This document shows, piece by piece, positions 59,649 to 64,000 of a stretch of DNA of 64,000 nucleotides (its first letter is position 1; each line of letters opens with the position of its first letter). The DNA is from Octopus sinensis. Lineage: Eukaryota. The notes under the pieces were generated by a model, which saw nothing but the letters and a program-made list of their open reading frames with translations, ran no database searches and had not been told where the DNA came from. The DNA lies in contig NC_043021.1 in assembly GCF_006345805.1 (NCBI RefSeq), positions 16,182,001 through 16,246,000 on the forward strand, read 5' to 3'. Made by a program: the position numbers and the translations under genes.

Positions 59649-60220
59649 CTAAGAAAATACAAAAGGAAACATTTCCATTTCTTAACAGAAAGTGAAAAGA
59701 ATGAAACACAAAAATTACACACCACTTGAAGAATTCATCAGGATTTTGTTGCTTTTAATGAAAGATAGATTTGAAGATAGTGAAACATAAGGGGGCAAAA
59801 GGGGAAGGCTTTTTGATTCTTTTGGTCTTAACATTTAATCAGGAAGAAACGAACAGTTCTTATGATATTTTATTGTTCACAGCATCTCTGAGATCGGAAG
59901 TTTTCCTAAAAACCAGAGACTTGGCCCAAATGCTTACAATAGAATGGACTCTGCTAAAAGTACCCAAGAACCAGGTGGGGGTGGGACACTGGCAGGGGTG
60001 TTGCAGTGTTGGACAAATTGCTTATTGGCATTTCCTCTGTCTCTTTATGTTCTGAGTTCAAATACCACCAGGGTACTTTTCATTGTTTGTGGGGTCAGTA
60101 AAATAAATACCAGTTCAACACTGGACTCAATGTAATTGACTAGCCCCAATGTTCCCCAAAATTTCAGGCTTTGCGCCTTTAGTAGAAAGGATTATTATTA
60201 TTACAATTATTATTATTACA

Positions 60221-60368
60221 CAGTTCTATATTTAAGAGATAAGGAATTCTGTACATTATTTACATTCGATGGATATTTGTCCTCATCTTGTTTGTTGTTA
60301 ACACACGGAATCTGTGTGTTAACAACAAACAAGATGAGGACAAATAGCCGTCGAATGTAAATAATGTA
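60221..60368. mobile_element. Fold-back of the 3' portion of the hammerhead SINE
   Basis: 55-bp arms 60252-60306 and 60314-60368, 7-nt loop; left arm carries an extra 31-nt element tail at 60221-60251. Confidence 0.85.
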
Positions 60369-60629
60369 TTATTATTATTATTATTATTATTATTAGGGTG
60401 GTGAGCTGGCAGAACCCTTAGCATGCTGGGAAAAATGCTTAACAGTATTTCACCTGGCTTTATGTTTCGAGTTCAAATTCCACTGAGGCTGACTTTGTTT
60501 TACATCCTTTTGGGGTTGATAAAATAAGTACCAGTTGAACATTGGGGTCAATGTAATCAACTTACCTACCTCTACCAAAATTGCTGGCCTTGTGCCAAAA
60601 TTTGAAACCATTATTATCATTATTATAGA

Positions 60630-60868
60630 CATCGCACAGTATACAATATATTGAGGTTGTTGATTGAAGATGTTGTGTCTACAGGGGGTTTGTACTGTTT
60701 GTCAAGTCTCAACAAGGAACTCAGACAAACAGACTACTTTATGCAATATGCGTACAGTTCCAAGCAATGCCGACTTTTGCAATACATCTAGATTGTAGGG
60801 TATCTCTAAAATTTTCAGATTGGGTGGTATTGAATTCAATACTCTGATGACAATAGGGATAATCTTTA
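60630..60868 (-). mobile_element. 3' fragment of an R4/Dong-like (REL-endonuclease) non-LTR element
   Basis: IKIIPIVIRVLNSIP...LQKSALLGTVRILHKV resembles the IPIVIGALG...QKxxLLGTARILRK C-terminus of this clade (recalled); abuts an (ATT)-rich tract. Confidence 0.6.
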
Positions 60869-61839
60869 TGTTCAAGTTACTGTCAATTTTAACCAACATT
60901 TTTGAACCATCATTTTTTATGTAACCCCAAAGCATCATACTCTTACCCCAAACTTCACTGTTTTTGTGATGTAACATGGGTTGTTTCACTTTCCTGGAAG
61001 CCTTCTGATAAATTCTCGTTTATTAGAAAGTGAAACGAGCCACGTTGCATGACGGAAACAGTGAAGTTTTGGGGTAAGAGTCTGATGCTTTCGGGTTACA
61101 TAAAAAATGATGGTTCAAGAAAGTCGGTCAAAATTGATGGTAACTTGAATAGTGCCAAATACATCCAGTTGCTGAAGGACAATTTGATACCAGACTTGGA
61201 TGAAGGTGAGATTTTTCAGCATGATGGAGCCCCATGCCACAGATTATGTGCAACACAAGAGAGTCTGGCTGATGAATGTGTTACCGTATTGAAAGATTGG
61301 CCAGCTCAGAGCCCTGACTTAAATATCATCGAGCAAATGTGGACAGAACTAAAGAGCTTGTCAGAAGAGTCCATTCAATCTTGAAGAGTTGTGGGAGCTC
61401 AGCCACAGAGAATGGCATCTCATACCTGTGAAGATGGTGAAGGATTTGTTCGCATCTCTTCCCAGGCACATTGGAGCAATTATTCAAGCTAAGGGAAGCC
61501 ACACAAAATATTAACAAAGTACAGTAATGCCTTGAAATTAACATTATGTAATAAATTTTCATTTTAGACATTTTTCTGTTTTAAAACACTGTATATCTTG
61601 ATTGGTTTGTGTGAGGTGGCTGAAAACTTTTGCACGGCCATTTTTGGTGGTCGTCTCACATCTTCCCCTCTCATTCAGAACCCCTACTACAAAAAATATA
61701 AAGATTAGGTACGGAAATGACTCTAACAGGGCCAATGTTTCATCTGTAAAAAACACAATGGGAAACATCTACTTACAAGTTGGCAATTAGTAGAAATTTA
61801 CAATAGTTTAAAGTGACCAAAAACTTTTGCACAGTACTG
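60860..61839 (+). mobile_element. Tc1-like transposon 3' half with a diverged inverted partial copy (60860-60995)
   Basis: IFQHDGAPCH...DWPAQSPDLNIIEQMW; terminus ...aaacttttgcacagtactg followed by TA at 61840-61841; related internal repeat at about 61621-61637. Confidence 0.88.
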
Positions 61840-61843
61840 TAGG

Positions 61844-61899
<56 letters not shown>

Positions 61900-62079
61900 C
61901 AAAAGCGCTAACATATGACACATGATATATGATTTATAAAAACATGTAACATACTAATAAACATCTGTAAATATAAAACCATCCAGATTTCTGATTACCT
62001 CATTTCTTCTAATATATAATACCTGAACATTATCTCCAAACCTTCTAATGTATATATATATATATAATATATATATATA

Positions 62080-62348
62080 TAATTAAAAATGAGGGTGTCT
62101 GAGAGACACCAACATGCCGAAATAGCAGTCGAAATTCTGACTATAAAAACCACGTTAAGTGTTCATACCGTACCATGAGATAAGACAGAGGGACAAAATA
62201 TACAAGCAAAAGTTGCTTTTGCTTGTATATTTTGTCCCTCTGTCTTATCGCATGGTACGATATGAACACTTAACGTGGTTTTTATAGTCAGAATTTCGAC
62301 TGCTATTTCGGCATGTTGGTGTCTCTCAGACACCCTCATTTTTAATTA
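62080..62348. repeat. 133-bp-arm palindrome between (TA)n tracts
   Basis: Arms 62080-62212 and 62216-62348, 3-nt loop, two mismatches. Confidence 0.95.
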
Positions 62349-62438
62349 TTAAAAATTATTACCTTTGTACGGTATTTTTTCCATGCTGGCCACTTGATAA
62401 TATTGATACTTAAATATCGATATTATCCTCATATATAA

Positions 62439-62490
<52 letters not shown>

Positions 62491-64000
62491 TATATATATA
62501 CATATATACACACACAAACACATATGGGGGTGGGGCTGCATAGTTGCCATGAAGCAAAGTATTGACCAATCCAAACATATACTAATGTAACAGTAACAAC
62601 GATGACAACAACACCACCAACTGCTGACAGAAGTAATTGTGGAGCTGTTAACTTGAGTAACACCTGTTGTCAGAGTTCAAAATTAATAGGGTGTGTGTGT
62701 GTTTGTGTGTGGAGAGCAAGAGAATAAGGAGGAGAAGGAATATGATGGTGGTGGTCATACTGAGGCCTTCCTATACAATTCTTCTCCCCCCACCTTAGTT
62801 TGTGACATTTTAGTTTTAAAAATCAATATTTGTCAAAAGAAACCATTACAAAAAAAAAACATTTCAACATTATTTTCCGATTTGTGAGAACAGTAGATAA
62901 AAACAAAAATAAAACAAACATTACCAGAATCATTAGAATATCAGAAAAAGTAATTATTATTATGGCCAGGTTCCAACCCAGGCCTTTTGGCCCTTCCTTA
63001 GTTTAATACTGACAGGGGTCACATACTCCTCCTGTGGAGGCACATGGCCTAGTGGTTAGAGCAGTGGACTCGCAGTCAAGGGATCATGAGTTCAAATCTC
63101 AAACCGGGCGATGTGTGTGTTTATGAGCGAAACACCTAAGATCCACGTGGCTCCGGCAGAAGGTAGTGGCAAAACTTCTGCTGACTCTTTCGCCACAACT
63201 TTCTCTCACTCATTCCTCCTGCATCTTGCAGCTCACCTGCAACGGACCGGCGTCCCATCCAGGTGGGGAACCTATACGCCAAGAAACCGTGAAACCAGCC
63301 CTTATGAGCCAGGCGTGGCTCGAGAAGGAACAAACAATATACTCCTCTTGTAGATTGCATTTCTTCATTAGTAGAGACAAGATCTCATTTGAAGAATCAG
63401 AGATTGTATAGATCCAACGAATTGGTTTGTTGAAGATTGCATCCACCACATCCCAGCCTCCAACAATTCAAGGTTGGGATGTTTGTATCATTGAGCTTTA
63501 CTCCTCTAGGTCTGGGATTATTTATCTTTATATTCACAGCTAACCTTTATATCTGAGGGCCTTTCCCCTATCTGTCAACTGGGGACCCAGAAGATGGAAA
63601 TTTTCTCTCCACACCAAGGACTGTCGGATAATGGTTTGACTCAGACCTCTCCACCAACTGTTTTAGGAGCCCTCCCTCCAGATTTTCAGTAGAGCTTTAC
63701 CTTTCATCTTTTGGGGTCGATGAAATAAGTACCAGTATAACACTGGGGGGGGGGTCGATGTAATCAACTTACCTGCTTCCTGCAAACTTCAGGCCTTGTG
63801 CCTATAGTAGAAAGGATTATTAATATTATTATTATTATTATTAAGGTGGTGAGCTGACAGAATCGTTAGCACGCCAGGCGAAAAGCTTAGCAGTATTTCA
63901 TCTGTCTTTATGTTCTGAGTTCAAATACTGCCGAGGTTGACTTTGCCTTTCATCTTTTCAGGGTCAATGAAATAAGTACCAGTTATGCACTGAGGTCAAT

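Noticed and set aside
62085-62140. Hammerhead within the 62-kb palindrome (and in the 4.9-5.3-kb arms)
   Set aside because: A GAAA…GTC half is present but no CUGANGA at a compatible position.
62349-62663. Hydrophobic 104-aa ORF as an upstream CPD or membrane-protein exon
   Set aside because: Low-complexity, runs into microsatellite, and has no recognisable motif; no further CPD repeat 1 exon was found in 59649-64000.

Overview
AT-rich, microsatellite-dense animal genomic DNA. The repeat landscape and gene structure suggest a coleoid cephalopod, probably Octopus (inference). There are two convergent protein-coding genes. (1) The last three coding exons of a Mondo (MLXIP/MLXIPL-family) gene on + (1014-3386); the first intron shown is a U12-type minor-spliceosome intron containing a long hairpin. 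(2) 24 exons of carboxypeptidase D on - (59648 to 12222, about 1357 aa, 5' part outside the window). It has four CP repeats (repeat 2 catalytically intact, repeats 3 and 4 degenerate), a TM segment and a sorting tail, and one apparent 1-nt deletion in an exon near 33052. The introns are packed with RTE and CR1-type LINEs, at least four tRNA-derived SINE families, Tc1/mariner, hAT, piggyBac-like and Helitron-type elements, minisatellites and many fold-back palindromes. The most unusual signal is two families of small non-autonomous repeats carrying minimal, dimer-type hammerhead ribozyme cores. One has a tRNA-derived head and occurs as inverted duplications with Penelope-like insertion hallmarks. 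All coordinates were counted by hand: exon edges should be exact, repeat edges are approximate. No database searches were run.
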